Shown: positions 1 through 8,926 of the stretch, piece after piece
Layout: every line of letters starts with the position of its first letter
Numbering within the stretch: position 1 is the stretch's first letter
Translations under genes and position numbers: made by a program
The notes under the pieces: model-generated
Seen by the model: the letters and a program-made list of their open reading frames with translations, nothing else
Database searches by the model: none
What the model was told of the DNA's origin: nothing
Source of the DNA: Candidatus Dormiibacterota bacterium
GTDB taxonomy: Bacteria; Chloroflexota; Dormibacteria; Aeolococcales; Bog-877
DNA: 64,000 nt
Assembly (NCBI GenBank): GCA_035534695.1
Contig: DATLRN010000029.1
Coordinates: forward strand, 8,771 to 72,770
Direction of reading: 5' to 3'

Positions 1-138
1 CAGGATCGCCTGATGCCCCACATGCACACCGTCGAAATTGCCCAGCACCAAACAGGTGGGCAGGGCGGTCCCGCCTTCCTCAGCTAGCCCCAGGCCAAAC
101 TCGGCAAGCCCCACCGAATCGGCGGAGAGGCTGACCAC
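1..138 (-). CDS. ribF: Riboflavin kinase/FAD synthetase, N-terminal fragment running off the window start
   Basis: Not in the ORF track because it is partial. Reverse translation of 1-138 gives VVSLSADSVGLAEFGLGLAEEGGTALPTCLVLGNFDGVHVGHQAIL. The GNFDGVHxGHQ nucleotidyltransferase motif and the position directly after truB fit ribF. GTG candidates at 136-138 and 112-114. Confidence 0.7.
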   Translation of the reverse strand, partial: MVSLSADSVGLAEFGLGLAEEGGTALPTCLVLGNFDGVHVGHQAIL

Positions 139-139
139 A

Positions 140-1108
140 TCAGCCACTGATCGGAAGCAGGACCTTGGTGGGGCGAAAGCGAAGCCCGGTCAGCTCACCC
201 AAGGCCACCAACCGCCCGTCTGGCCCATGCGCTCTGACCTCTCCCCCAGTGGCCACCGTCCCGTCCCCCGACCCGGGCGAACGCTGGACCCACACCGACT
301 GGCCGCGCTGCACCGCCAGAGCACCAGCCGGGAGCAGGTCGATTCGAGGCACCATCTGCACTGCCAGCTCCGGCGGAAGCAGGTAGCTGCGCGGGTCGGA
401 CGACTCCATCAGCTGGTCTAGCTTGACTGCGTCGGCGATCTTGAAAGGCCCGTACTCGGTCCGCTCCAGCCAGGCCAGCAACCCGCCCACTTGGAGGCGC
501 TCGCCCAAGTCGGTGGCCAGTACCCGCAGGTACGTGCCTCGACCACAGACCACCTCCACCTCGGCCTCGGCAACTTCCCCAGCGGTGAAGGAACGCAGGG
601 TGATCCGGCGAATCTCCGCGGGTCGGGACTTGCGTTCCACGGTCAGGCCCTGCCGGGCCAGCTCGTAAAGATGACGACCCTGGTGGCGTACCGCTGAGTG
701 CATCGGCGGAACCTGCTGAACGATGCCGACGAATTGCTCCAGGGCGGCTGCCACGTCCGCCTCGGTCAGGCCGGCAGCGGATTCCACTCGCCGTACCTCT
801 CCTTCCAGATCACCGGTGTCGCTGACCTGGCCGAGCCTGAGCCGGGCGTGATAGGTCTTGGGCTGGCGGAGGATGTACTCGACCAGTCTGGTGGCTCGGC
901 CGACACAGAGTGGCAGCACGCCGGTCGCGGCCGGATCCAGGGTTCCGGCGTGGCCGACATGACGCTCGTCGAGAACCCGCCGGGCCATCTTGATGGCGGC
1001 AAACGAGGTGATCCCCTCAGGCTTGGCCAGGTTGAGCAGCCCGGTCAGCATCGGACCGTCCGACTTGACTCCACTCCGCCTCCGACCTAGCCCGGGTGCC
1101 GCGGTCAT
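140..1108 (-). CDS. truB: tRNA pseudouridine(55) synthase TruB
   Basis: GLLNLAKPEGITSF...HAGTLDPAATGVLPLCVGRATRL matches the TruB catalytic-Asp motif, and the gene has rbfA-truB-ribF synteny. The true start may be the internal M at 1051 (MLTGLLNL). Confidence 0.92.
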   Translation of the reverse strand: MTAAPGLGRRRSGVKSDGPMLTGLLNLAKPEGITSFAAIKMARRVLDERHVGHAGTLDPAATGVLPLCVGRATRLVEYILRQPKTYHARLRLGQVSDTGDLEGEVRRVESAAGLTEADVAAALEQFVGIVQQVPPMHSAVRHQGRHLYELARQGLTVERKSRPAEIRRITLRSFTAGEVAEAEVEVVCGRGTYLRVLATDLGERLQVGGLLAWLERTEYGPFKIADAVKLDQLMESSDPRSYLLPPELAVQMVPRIDLLPAGALAVQRGQSVWVQRSPGSGDGTVATGGEVRAHGPDGRLVALGELTGLRFRPTKVLLPISG

Positions 1109-2136
1109 GCCGGCAGTGCCCGGATCAGCTGCCGAGCCTCACTGAGCACCGAACTTTCGAGGTCAGCGATGCCAGTGTGCACTTCGGCACCGGCCGCCCG
1201 GCGGTGGCCGCCCCCACCGAAGCGCGCCACCAGCTGGTGCGCCTCGAGGGCCCCTCGAGTACGAACGCTAACCCTGGTCAACTCGGGCGCCTCCTCCTTG
1301 AAGAGGACGGCGCAAAGCATGGTGTCCAGGCTCTGCAGGATGTCGATGATGCCCTCGCTCTCTTCCATTTCCGCGCCACTCTGGCGCAGCATCTCCTGGG
1401 TCACCCGGCTCCACACCAACCGCCCGCCGAGCTCATAGCTGGCCGATGCCGCCGCCAGGGCCTGCAACTTGAGGGTGGTCTCAGGCCGGGACTTGTAGCT
1501 CTTGAGCGCCACCCAGGCCGGGTCCGCCCCCAGTTCAGCTAGTTCCGCACCCAGACGGAGTACAGCGCCAGTCGTGTTGTCATGGCGGAAACCGCCGGTG
1601 TCGGTAAAGATGGCCGCGTAGAGGTTAGTCGCCGCTTCGGGGCTGACGTGCGCCCCCCAGGAGCGCAGGGCGTCGAACACGATAACGCCGGTCGCGGCGG
1701 CCTCCGGCTGGACCAGGGAGATGTCGCCGAAGCCTTCGTTGCTGGCGTGGTGGTCGATCACCACCGTGAGCGGAGCTGCCTCGATCCGCTGGCGGAGATT
1801 GCCGAATCGGCTCGGACTACCAGCGTCGAAGGCGATCGCCACCGCCTCGGCAGGTGCCTCACCTTGATTTACAGCCTCATACCCCGGCAGGTAGGCGAGG
1901 CCGCGAGGCAGCGGGTCGGGGGCCCAGGGATAAGAGCGCTTGCCCTCGCGCTGGAGGTAGTCCGAAAAGGCCAGCACGCTGCCCAGGGAGTCGGCATCGG
2001 CGTCCTTGTGGGCGACCAGGAGAAAGTCATCGTGATCGCAGACGGCCTGACGGATCCGCTCCAGAACCTCAGCCATGAGCATCTCCCCGACGCGCGCCCT
2101 GAGCGCTCTCCAAGCTGTCGAGTAGCTGGCCAACAC
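1105..2136 (-). CDS. nrnA: DHH/DHHA1 phosphoesterase (NrnA-like oligoribonuclease/pAp phosphatase)
   Basis: Motifs DHDDFLLVAHKDADADSLGS, VIDHHASN and GGGGHRRAAG (DHH and DHHA1). The likely real start is ATG at 2082 or 2076, just overlapping the rbfA stop. Confidence 0.85.
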   Translation of the reverse strand: MLASYSTAWRALRARVGEMLMAEVLERIRQAVCDHDDFLLVAHKDADADSLGSVLAFSDYLQREGKRSYPWAPDPLPRGLAYLPGYEAVNQGEAPAEAVAIAFDAGSPSRFGNLRQRIEAAPLTVVIDHHASNEGFGDISLVQPEAAATGVIVFDALRSWGAHVSPEAATNLYAAIFTDTGGFRHDNTTGAVLRLGAELAELGADPAWVALKSYKSRPETTLKLQALAAASASYELGGRLVWSRVTQEMLRQSGAEMEESEGIIDILQSLDTMLCAVLFKEEAPELTRVSVRTRGALEAHQLVARFGGGGHRRAAGAEVHTGIADLESSVLSEARQLIRALPA

Positions 2137-2470
2137 GCACTCCGTAGGCGATCGAGTCGTCGAGACGAATGTCCAACTTGGGCACCCTGCGCAGGTGCTC
2201 CAGGCGCTCGCCCAGCCGGTGGCGCAGGAAGCCCGTCATGCCTCGGAGCACGCGCAGCACGTGTTCGCGTTCCGCCTGCTCGGCCAGCACGCTCACCTTG
2301 ACCCGGGCGTAGGAGAGGTCGGGTGCGCAGGCGACGTCGACAACCGTCACCATCGCCAGCCGGGGATCCTTGACGTCAGTGGCGATCGCCAGGGCCAGCT
2401 CCTGGCGCAACTGGGCGTCAATCCGCTCTCGGCGGTGGTTGCCGCCAGCCTCCCGGGCCGACCTCACCAC
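2069..2470 (-). CDS. rbfA: Ribosome-binding factor A
   Basis: RRERIDAQLRQELALAIATDVKDPRL...VTVVDV...DLSYARVKVSV is an RbfA-type sequence, downstream of infB. Confidence 0.9.
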   Translation of the reverse strand: MVRSAREAGGNHRRERIDAQLRQELALAIATDVKDPRLAMVTVVDVACAPDLSYARVKVSVLAEQAEREHVLRVLRGMTGFLRHRLGERLEHLRRVPKLDIRLDDSIAYGVRVGQLLDSLESAQGARRGDAHG

Positions 2471-2497
2471 CGCTTCAGCCTCCCGCCAGCGAAGGGA

Positions 2498-4168
2498 TTA
2501 GCGGTTTCGCTGCTGCACCACGTAGCACTCCAGGACATCACCCTCGGCGAAGTCCTGGTAGTCGCCGAGATCGATGCCGCACTCGTAACCCTGGGTCACC
2601 TCGCGAACGTCGTCCTTGAAGCGCCGCAGAGAGGCAACCTGGGTCCGGTGAACCTCCTTGCCATCGCGCATGACCACCGCCAGTGAGCCCCTGGTGATGG
2701 TGCCCTCGGTCACCTGGCTGCCGGCGATCACACCGGTCCGAGGCACCCTGATCCGGGCCTTGACCTCGGCGCGGCCTTCGAATACCTCCTCGAAGGTGGG
2801 CTCGTGGAGACCCCGGATGGCCTTGTCGATGTCTTCAGTGATCTGGTAGACGACGTCGTAGGTGCGGACGTCGATGCTGAGACTGTCCGCCCTGGCCTTG
2901 GCGCTGGGATCGGGACGCACATTGAAGCCGATCAGGATGGCATTGGCGGCGGCGGCGAGGTCAACGTCGGCCTCCGAGATGGGACCCACCCCGTCGGAAA
3001 CCAAACGCAGCCGAACCAGGGGGTCGGAGAACTTCAGCAGGGCCGCCCGCAAGGCTTCCAGGGATCCCTGGCTCTCCGCCTTGACCACCACGTCGAGGTC
3101 GCGGAGCCCCTCCCCGGATTGCTTGCTGAGTTCGGCCAGGCTAACTCGGTTGGTGTCCGCCTTACCGGAGCGCAACACCATCCGACGCTCCTCCGCCAGG
3201 GCCCTGGCCCCTCGTTCGGTCGCCTCGACCAGCAGACGGTCGCCAGCAGTTGCCACCTCGGGAAGCCCGGTGACCAAGGCGGGCAGCCCGGGAGTCACCT
3301 CCTGAACACGCTCGCCGCGGTCGTCGAAGAGGGCCCGGATGCGGCCCGCCACGCCGCCGACGACGAAGTAGTCCTGAACCCGGATAGTCCCCTCCTGGAC
3401 AAGCACGCTGGCGACGGGACCCTGACCTTTCTGGAGGTGGGAGTCGATCACCGCCGCCTCGCCCGGCCGGTCCGGGTTGGCGCGCGGCTCACCCAGATCG
3501 CTGACCAGAAGGATCATCTCCAGGAGGTGGTCAATGCCGTCTCCGGTCTTGGCCGAGACGGGGACGCAGACAACGTCACCCCCGAAGTCCTCCACCACCA
3601 CCCCATGCTCGGCCAGCTGCTGCTTGACCCGGTCTGGATTGGCGTCCGCACGATCGATCTTGTTGAGAGCCACCAACAGAGGTACGCCAGCGTTGCGAAC
3701 GTGTTTGATCGCCTCTTCGGTCTGAGGCATGACCCCGTCGTCGGCTGCCACCACCAGCACCGCGAGATCGGTGATGTTGGCTCCCCGGGCCCGCATGGCA
3801 GTGAAGGCCTCGTGACCGGGGGTGTCGATGAAGGTGATCTTGCGTCCCTGGCGCTCCACCACCGAGGCGCCGATCCGCTGGGTGATCCCCCCGGCCTCCC
3901 CGGCCGCCACCGACGTCTTCCGAATGGCGTCCAAGAGACTGGTCTTGCCATGGTCCACGTGACCCAGCACGGTCACCACCGGAGGCCTCGACTTCAGGTG
4001 TCCAGCGTCAGCGTCGGCCTGAAACTGGTCGCGGTCGAGCATCCGCTCGACCGGGGCGGCCACCTCCGGCTCGGCGTCGGCAATCTCAATCTCAAGCTGC
4101 TCGGCCACCATCCGGGCCGTCCCGGCGTCGATGCTCTGGTTGATGGTGGCCAGAATCTTGTTCTGCAT
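2498..4168 (-). CDS. infB: Translation initiation factor IF-2, short form lacking the long N-terminal region
   Basis: G-domain motifs VLGHVDHGKTSLLD, DTPGHEAF and NKID, plus C-terminal IF2 domains. The coordinates use the first canonical ATG, but conserved IF2_N sequence continues in frame upstream to about 4267 (see finding). Confidence 0.93.
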   Translation of the reverse strand: MQNKILATINQSIDAGTARMVAEQLEIEIADAEPEVAAPVERMLDRDQFQADADAGHLKSRPPVVTVLGHVDHGKTSLLDAIRKTSVAAGEAGGITQRIGASVVERQGRKITFIDTPGHEAFTAMRARGANITDLAVLVVAADDGVMPQTEEAIKHVRNAGVPLLVALNKIDRADANPDRVKQQLAEHGVVVEDFGGDVVCVPVSAKTGDGIDHLLEMILLVSDLGEPRANPDRPGEAAVIDSHLQKGQGPVASVLVQEGTIRVQDYFVVGGVAGRIRALFDDRGERVQEVTPGLPALVTGLPEVATAGDRLLVEATERGARALAEERRMVLRSGKADTNRVSLAELSKQSGEGLRDLDVVVKAESQGSLEALRAALLKFSDPLVRLRLVSDGVGPISEADVDLAAAANAILIGFNVRPDPSAKARADSLSIDVRTYDVVYQITEDIDKAIRGLHEPTFEEVFEGRAEVKARIRVPRTGVIAGSQVTEGTITRGSLAVVMRDGKEVHRTQVASLRRFKDDVREVTQGYECGIDLGDYQDFAEGDVLECYVVQQRNR

Positions 4169-4280
4169 AAGGACCTTGGAGACTTCGGCGGCCGAGACTC
4201 CCAGGGCGTCTGCTAGCGACTTGACAGTGAGGTGGGCGGGCAGGGCCGCCTGCTTGACCTTGGCGATGAACGTGTCCTCC

Positions 4281-4640
4281 TTAGGCGGGGGCTGTCGGTA
4301 CGGTTCCAGGGGGGCCGGGCGAACCCGTGATCATACTGGCCAGGGCCGCGGTCAGCGCCGCTTGATCTATGGTTTGTCCAGCCAGCCGCAGGGCCCCGCC
4401 CAGGGCGTGCCGTTTACGGGCCGCCTCCCAGCAAGTCATCTTGGCACATAGGTACGCTCCCCGCCCGCCACCCCTGGCCCCAGCGAGCTCCGCGGCCACC
4501 TGAGTGCCGTCCCAGCGCAGGCGCAGCAGGACCTCTTGGGCGAACTTGCCACGACAGCCGATGCACGTCCTGGTCGGTCCCCGCCTGCGCCCGGGAGCGA
4601 CTACGACTCCTCCTCCGGAGCTCGGATATCGATCCGCCAT
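4281..4640 (-). CDS. ylxR: YlxR/DUF448 family RNA-binding protein
   Basis: RTCIGCRGKF motif and the classic nusA-ylxR-infB position. The 5' end overlaps the nusA 3' end by 40 nt. Confidence 0.8.
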   Translation of the reverse strand: MADRYPSSGGGVVVAPGRRRGPTRTCIGCRGKFAQEVLLRLRWDGTQVAAELAGARGGGRGAYLCAKMTCWEAARKRHALGGALRLAGQTIDQAALTAALASMITGSPGPPGTVPTAPA

Positions 4641-5683
4641 CCGGTCAGGCGCGCCGCCAGGCGGGCATTCTGACCCTCCTTCCCGATCGCCAGGGAGAGG
4701 CTTGGTGAAGCGACCAGGGCGGTTGCGCGATGGGCAGCCTGATCAAGATGGACCTCTAATACTGGGGCCGGAGCCAGAGCCCGCGCCACCAGTTCCGCCG
4801 GATCACTCGACCATTCCAGGACGTCCACCTTCTCACCGTTGAGGTCTGCCACCACCGATCGGATGCGGACACCCTTGGGCCCGATGCACGCCCCCTTGGG
4901 GTCGATGCCAGCGCGGAGCGACTCGACCGCGACCTTGCTGCGCTCGCCCGGCTCCCTGGTTATCGCCCTGATCACAACCGAGCCCTCCGCCAACTCCGGT
5001 ACCTCCGCTTCCAGCAGCCGGCGCAGGAGGAGAGCGTTGGCTCGAGATGCCCGGACCTGAAGCATCTCCTCACCCCCACCAGGCCGCGACTCCATCAGGA
5101 CCACCTTGAGATGCCGCCCCCGGATGAGTCGCTCGCCCCGGATCTGCTCTTCTCGAGGCAGGTAGGCCTGTAGCTGCCCGGCTCGCAGAAAGATCGTCCC
5201 CCCCTCGACCCGCTCCACGATGCTCGCCACCAGCAGGCCGCGGCTGGCCTCAGCCTCTCCTTCCAAGCGCTCCCGTCTGGCCTCCCGGACTCGATGTCCG
5301 ATGGCGGCCTTGACCAAGCGGGCGGCGCGGGCTGCCACCGGCTTGGGCAACTGGGCCAGCTCCCGTACCGACACACCCACCTCGGCGTCCGGATTGAGCG
5401 CAAGCGCCCGCTCCAGAGAGATCTCGGCATCGGTCGCCGGCTCGCCCGCGACCACCGTCCTGGTCAGCTCTATAACCAACTCGCCCGTCTCTGGGTCGAG
5501 CCTGACGTCGACTCCCGGCGGGCTCGACTCCAACTGCGACCAGGCCGCCGGGATGGCAGCCTCTATGGCGGCGACCACTCCGCCGGTCGGCACACCATGG
5601 ATCTCGCGCAGGGTGCGAAGCACGTCTCCCAGCTCTCCGGCACGGCTGTTGTCGACCACCGCCTTGGATCCAGCCACCGTCAC
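4601..5683 (-). CDS. nusA: Transcription termination/antitermination factor NusA
   Basis: S1 and KH regions (DPKGACIGPKGVRIRSV, LAIGKEGQNARLAARLTGWRIDI) and rimP-nusA synteny. Confidence 0.93.
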   Translation of the reverse strand: MTVAGSKAVVDNSRAGELGDVLRTLREIHGVPTGGVVAAIEAAIPAAWSQLESSPPGVDVRLDPETGELVIELTRTVVAGEPATDAEISLERALALNPDAEVGVSVRELAQLPKPVAARAARLVKAAIGHRVREARRERLEGEAEASRGLLVASIVERVEGGTIFLRAGQLQAYLPREEQIRGERLIRGRHLKVVLMESRPGGGEEMLQVRASRANALLLRRLLEAEVPELAEGSVVIRAITREPGERSKVAVESLRAGIDPKGACIGPKGVRIRSVVADLNGEKVDVLEWSSDPAELVARALAPAPVLEVHLDQAAHRATALVASPSLSLAIGKEGQNARLAARLTGWRIDIRAPEEES

Positions 5684-6159
5684 AGGTCGACCACGATCCG
5701 AGCCGCCGCGACCGAGCGCCGACTGACCCGCCAGGCGCGCAGCCGACCGCCCTTGCTGCGACGCACCTCAAGGTCCAGCCCTTCCGGTCCGAGCGCCACC
5801 AGCCGGCCCTCGACCACGGTCATGGATTCCCCGTCTTGCAAGGTCAGACGCACCTTGCGGCCCAGAGCGGTGGCGAAATCCTGCTCCGAGGCGAGGTCTC
5901 GCTCGGCTCCTGGCGAGGAGACCTCGAGGGAATAGGGACCGGGCAGCAACTCCTCCTGGCGGTCGAGCAACGCCGAGGCCGCCTCGCTGGCCTGACCACA
6001 TTCGTCGATGGTGACGCCACCGGGGCGATCGACCGTCACGCGAAGGACGGCGCGTCCTTTCCCGGGATGCCAGGAAACGTCTACCAACTGCAGCCCGAGC
6101 TGCGCTACGGCCGGCGCGAGAAGGTCTCTGACCAGCTCCGACGGTGACGCTTGAACCAC
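5680..6159 (-). CDS. rimP: Ribosome maturation factor RimP
   Basis: 159 aa immediately upstream of nusA with a 4-nt overlap. LEVSSPGAERDL is the RimP signature. GTG start. Confidence 0.85.
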   Translation of the reverse strand: MVQASPSELVRDLLAPAVAQLGLQLVDVSWHPGKGRAVLRVTVDRPGGVTIDECGQASEAASALLDRQEELLPGPYSLEVSSPGAERDLASEQDFATALGRKVRLTLQDGESMTVVEGRLVALGPEGLDLEVRRSKGGRLRAWRVSRRSVAAARIVVDL

Positions 6160-6266
6160 CTTTATGTCAGCCTCAGGTACACATTGTGGGCGGACAGACG
6201 CCGCGCCTGGGAGAGAGTGCCCCGGCTGTCTCCGTAGCGCGATTCTAAGCCTCGCGCCGCGCCGTC

Positions 6267-8834
6267 TCAGTGGCGCGCGGTCACCGCACCCGCCGGAATC
6301 CGTCCGCCGCTACGCCGCGCCAAGCGCTGATCGAGTCCGCGCCAGGCGGTAAGCAGGGTCGCCGCATTGAATATTGAGCTGTACGTACCGGAAATAATTC
6401 CCACCAGCAACGCCAGCACGAAGCCCTGGATCGACGCCCCTCCGAAGAGGAAAAGGGTGAGCAAAACGAAGACCACCGTGAGCGACGTGTTGAAGGATCG
6501 GGAGAGCGTTTGGGCGATCGACAAGTTGACCACCTGGTCGAAGTTCATGCGCGGCCCCTGCACCCTGAGGTTCTCCCGTATCCGGTCAAAGACCACGATC
6601 GTGTCATGGACCGAGAAACCAACCATGGTCAAGACCGCAGTGACAAAGAGGGTGTTGACCTGGCCGAGCAGAGTGAAGTGACCAAGGATGGCCCAGATCC
6701 CCACCAGAACGAAAATATCGTGCAGCAAGGCGGCCATGGCGCACAGGGAAAAGCGTCTGGCACTGATTTGGGTACCGGCGAAGCGCAGCGCCAAGTAGCC
6801 CGAGATCAAGACGGCGGAGATGATCACCAGGAAGACCGAACCGACCACCAGACTGCCGGCGATGGTCGGCCCTACCGTGGTCTCGCTCTCGGTGACCGGA
6901 TTCCCGGAGGAGTCCTTGGGCAGGTCGAAGTGGTCGTTGACCGCCTTGAGGATGGTGTCGACCTTGCTGGTGACGATGGGCAGGGTGGTGATCACGTAGG
7001 TGTTGTCACCCTCCCCCTGCACGGTCGGCTGCCCGGCGCGATAGGCCGACTGGGCCACTCTCTGGACGGCAGCGGCGGTGGTGTGCTGCTTGGGATGGAC
7101 GGTCAGGCTGACCCCGCCGGTGAAATCGACACCCAGGTTGAAACCACCGATGAGAATGGCCAGAATGCCCGGGACGATGATCGCCAGCGAGGCGGCGAAA
7201 TAAGCGTTGCGGTGGGTGACGACGTCGAAGCGGCCACCGCTCCGGAAGCTCTTGGCCAAGGATTCGGTGGGCAGGATCTTGGTGTACAGACGTGGGTTGC
7301 GCGCGAACTTGAACCAGCGCTGCACGTAGTGCAGCAGCGAGTGGGTGATCACGATCGAGGAGAACATGCTCGCCGCCACCCCGATGAACAGGGTCAAGGC
7401 GAAACCCTGCACCTCGGTGGAGCCGAAGAAGTAGAGGACGGTGCAGGTGATCATGGTGGAGATGTTGGAGTCGCGAATCGCCGGCCAAGCGCGCCGGAAT
7501 CCGTACTCGGTGGCCAGCTCCAGCGGGCGGTCCTGGCGCAGTTCCTCCTTCATTCTTTCGAAAATGAGCACGTTGGCATCCACCGCCATACCCACACTGA
7601 GGATGAAACCGGCCAGTCCGGGAAGCGTCAGGACCACCGGGATGAGCTTGAAGACCGCCAGGACGAGCGCCGCGTAAAAGAGCAACGCAATGCTGGCCAG
7701 GAGCCCTGGGAAGCGGTAGTAGAAGAGCATGAACAGAACCACTAGCAGCAGCCCAAACGCCCCCGCCGCCAGGCTCTGGTTCACCGACTGCTTGCCCAGG
7801 CTGGCGGAGACTCCGTTGACTCCCTCGACCTCAATCTGAGCAGGCAGAGCACCGGCGTTGATATCGTCGACCAGACGCGTCGCTCCGTTGAAGGTGAAGT
7901 TACCGGTGATCTGGGTTTGGTTGCTGCTGGGGCTGGCCACAGCCGGCGCGGTCAGGACGGTGCCGTCCAGGAAGATCGCCAGCTGCGAGGTCGGAGGCGC
8001 AGCGGTCGTGCTGCCGCCGTTGCCAGTTTGAGTGCACCCTGGGTTCTTGGTGCACGCGTTGGTGGTCAGCTTGGACCACTCATTTGCTCCGGCACCATTG
8101 AAGGTGATGTTGACGGCGTAGCCACCCCCGCTGGCCGAGCCCACCGCCGCCGAGGTGACGTCGGAGGCGGTTAGGTTGGGAACGATCTTCCAGTGATACT
8201 TCTGGCCCGTCGTGGCGTCGACTGGGTAGTAGAGATCGTTGCTGAACTGGCAACTCGACTTGGGATGGGCGGGGGGCCAGCAGCCCGCCGGAATCAGCTG
8301 CCTTTGATCGATGCAGGTCTTGGTCGTGCAGGCGCCCGCTACGCCGTTGACGGACGGAGTCCCCGCTACTGGAGTGGCGAAGTGAAGCTCGGAGGTCTGA
8401 CCTAGGGATGCCTCAGCAGTCGCGACATCCACGCCAGGCAACTGGACCAAGATCTGGCTGCTGCCCTGGGTCTGTAGCTGCGCCCCGGAAACTCCCAGGC
8501 TGTTGACCCGCCGCTGCAGGATGGTCAGGGTGTCGGCCTGGGCCTCCGCCAGGGTCCTGCCCTTGGGCAACCCGCTGGTGCAGCCGATCCCGGCCGGGTT
8601 GTTGGGGCCCTGGCAGATCTGGATCACCAGCGAAGAACCTCCCGATAGGTCGAGGCCCTTGTGAATGTAGATCGGGGTTCCGGCCAGGGTCGGTTGCTTG
8701 CCCTTGGGAAGCGCGGCCGTGGGAGTGGTGTGCCGGACCACGATGTTGTAAATGGGACCGTAGGCGTCAATGAAGATGGCGCCCAAGACCAGCACCACGA
8801 CTAGCGCCAACCACCACCGGCTGATCCGGATCAT
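6267..8834 (-). CDS. secDF: Fused protein-export membrane protein SecDF
   Basis: 855 aa. SecD part: N-terminal TM, LDLSGGSSL, and a large periplasmic domain followed by 5 TM helices. SecF part: GVDFTGG and 6 TM helices. All in a single ORF. Confidence 0.9.
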   Translation of the reverse strand: MIRISRWWLALVVVLVLGAIFIDAYGPIYNIVVRHTTPTAALPKGKQPTLAGTPIYIHKGLDLSGGSSLVIQICQGPNNPAGIGCTSGLPKGRTLAEAQADTLTILQRRVNSLGVSGAQLQTQGSSQILVQLPGVDVATAEASLGQTSELHFATPVAGTPSVNGVAGACTTKTCIDQRQLIPAGCWPPAHPKSSCQFSNDLYYPVDATTGQKYHWKIVPNLTASDVTSAAVGSASGGGYAVNITFNGAGANEWSKLTTNACTKNPGCTQTGNGGSTTAAPPTSQLAIFLDGTVLTAPAVASPSSNQTQITGNFTFNGATRLVDDINAGALPAQIEVEGVNGVSASLGKQSVNQSLAAGAFGLLLVVLFMLFYYRFPGLLASIALLFYAALVLAVFKLIPVVLTLPGLAGFILSVGMAVDANVLIFERMKEELRQDRPLELATEYGFRRAWPAIRDSNISTMITCTVLYFFGSTEVQGFALTLFIGVAASMFSSIVITHSLLHYVQRWFKFARNPRLYTKILPTESLAKSFRSGGRFDVVTHRNAYFAASLAIIVPGILAILIGGFNLGVDFTGGVSLTVHPKQHTTAAAVQRVAQSAYRAGQPTVQGEGDNTYVITTLPIVTSKVDTILKAVNDHFDLPKDSSGNPVTESETTVGPTIAGSLVVGSVFLVIISAVLISGYLALRFAGTQISARRFSLCAMAALLHDIFVLVGIWAILGHFTLLGQVNTLFVTAVLTMVGFSVHDTIVVFDRIRENLRVQGPRMNFDQVVNLSIAQTLSRSFNTSLTVVFVLLTLFLFGGASIQGFVLALLVGIISGTYSSIFNAATLLTAWRGLDQRLARRSGGRIPAGAVTARH

Positions 8835-8926
8835 CGCCCTGGGCCCGACCGTGCTGAAGTCAAGTGCATATGAGGAGTGTTGATTTTAGGGGAGCGCAGC
8901 TTGGCCCCTGGATTGCCGATCCCGGG

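Noticed and set aside
2804-4216. Long antisense ORFs in the track, including 2804-4216 (470 aa), 6510-7745, 10183-11412, 22512-24035 (507 aa), 34695-35795, 55191-57017 (608 aa) and 57689-58525, among many others.
   Set aside because: They lie opposite well-supported housekeeping genes. Their composition is Arg/Gly/Pro/Ala-rich and low in complexity, with no recognisable motifs. This is typical of stop-codon-poor shadow frames in high-GC DNA.
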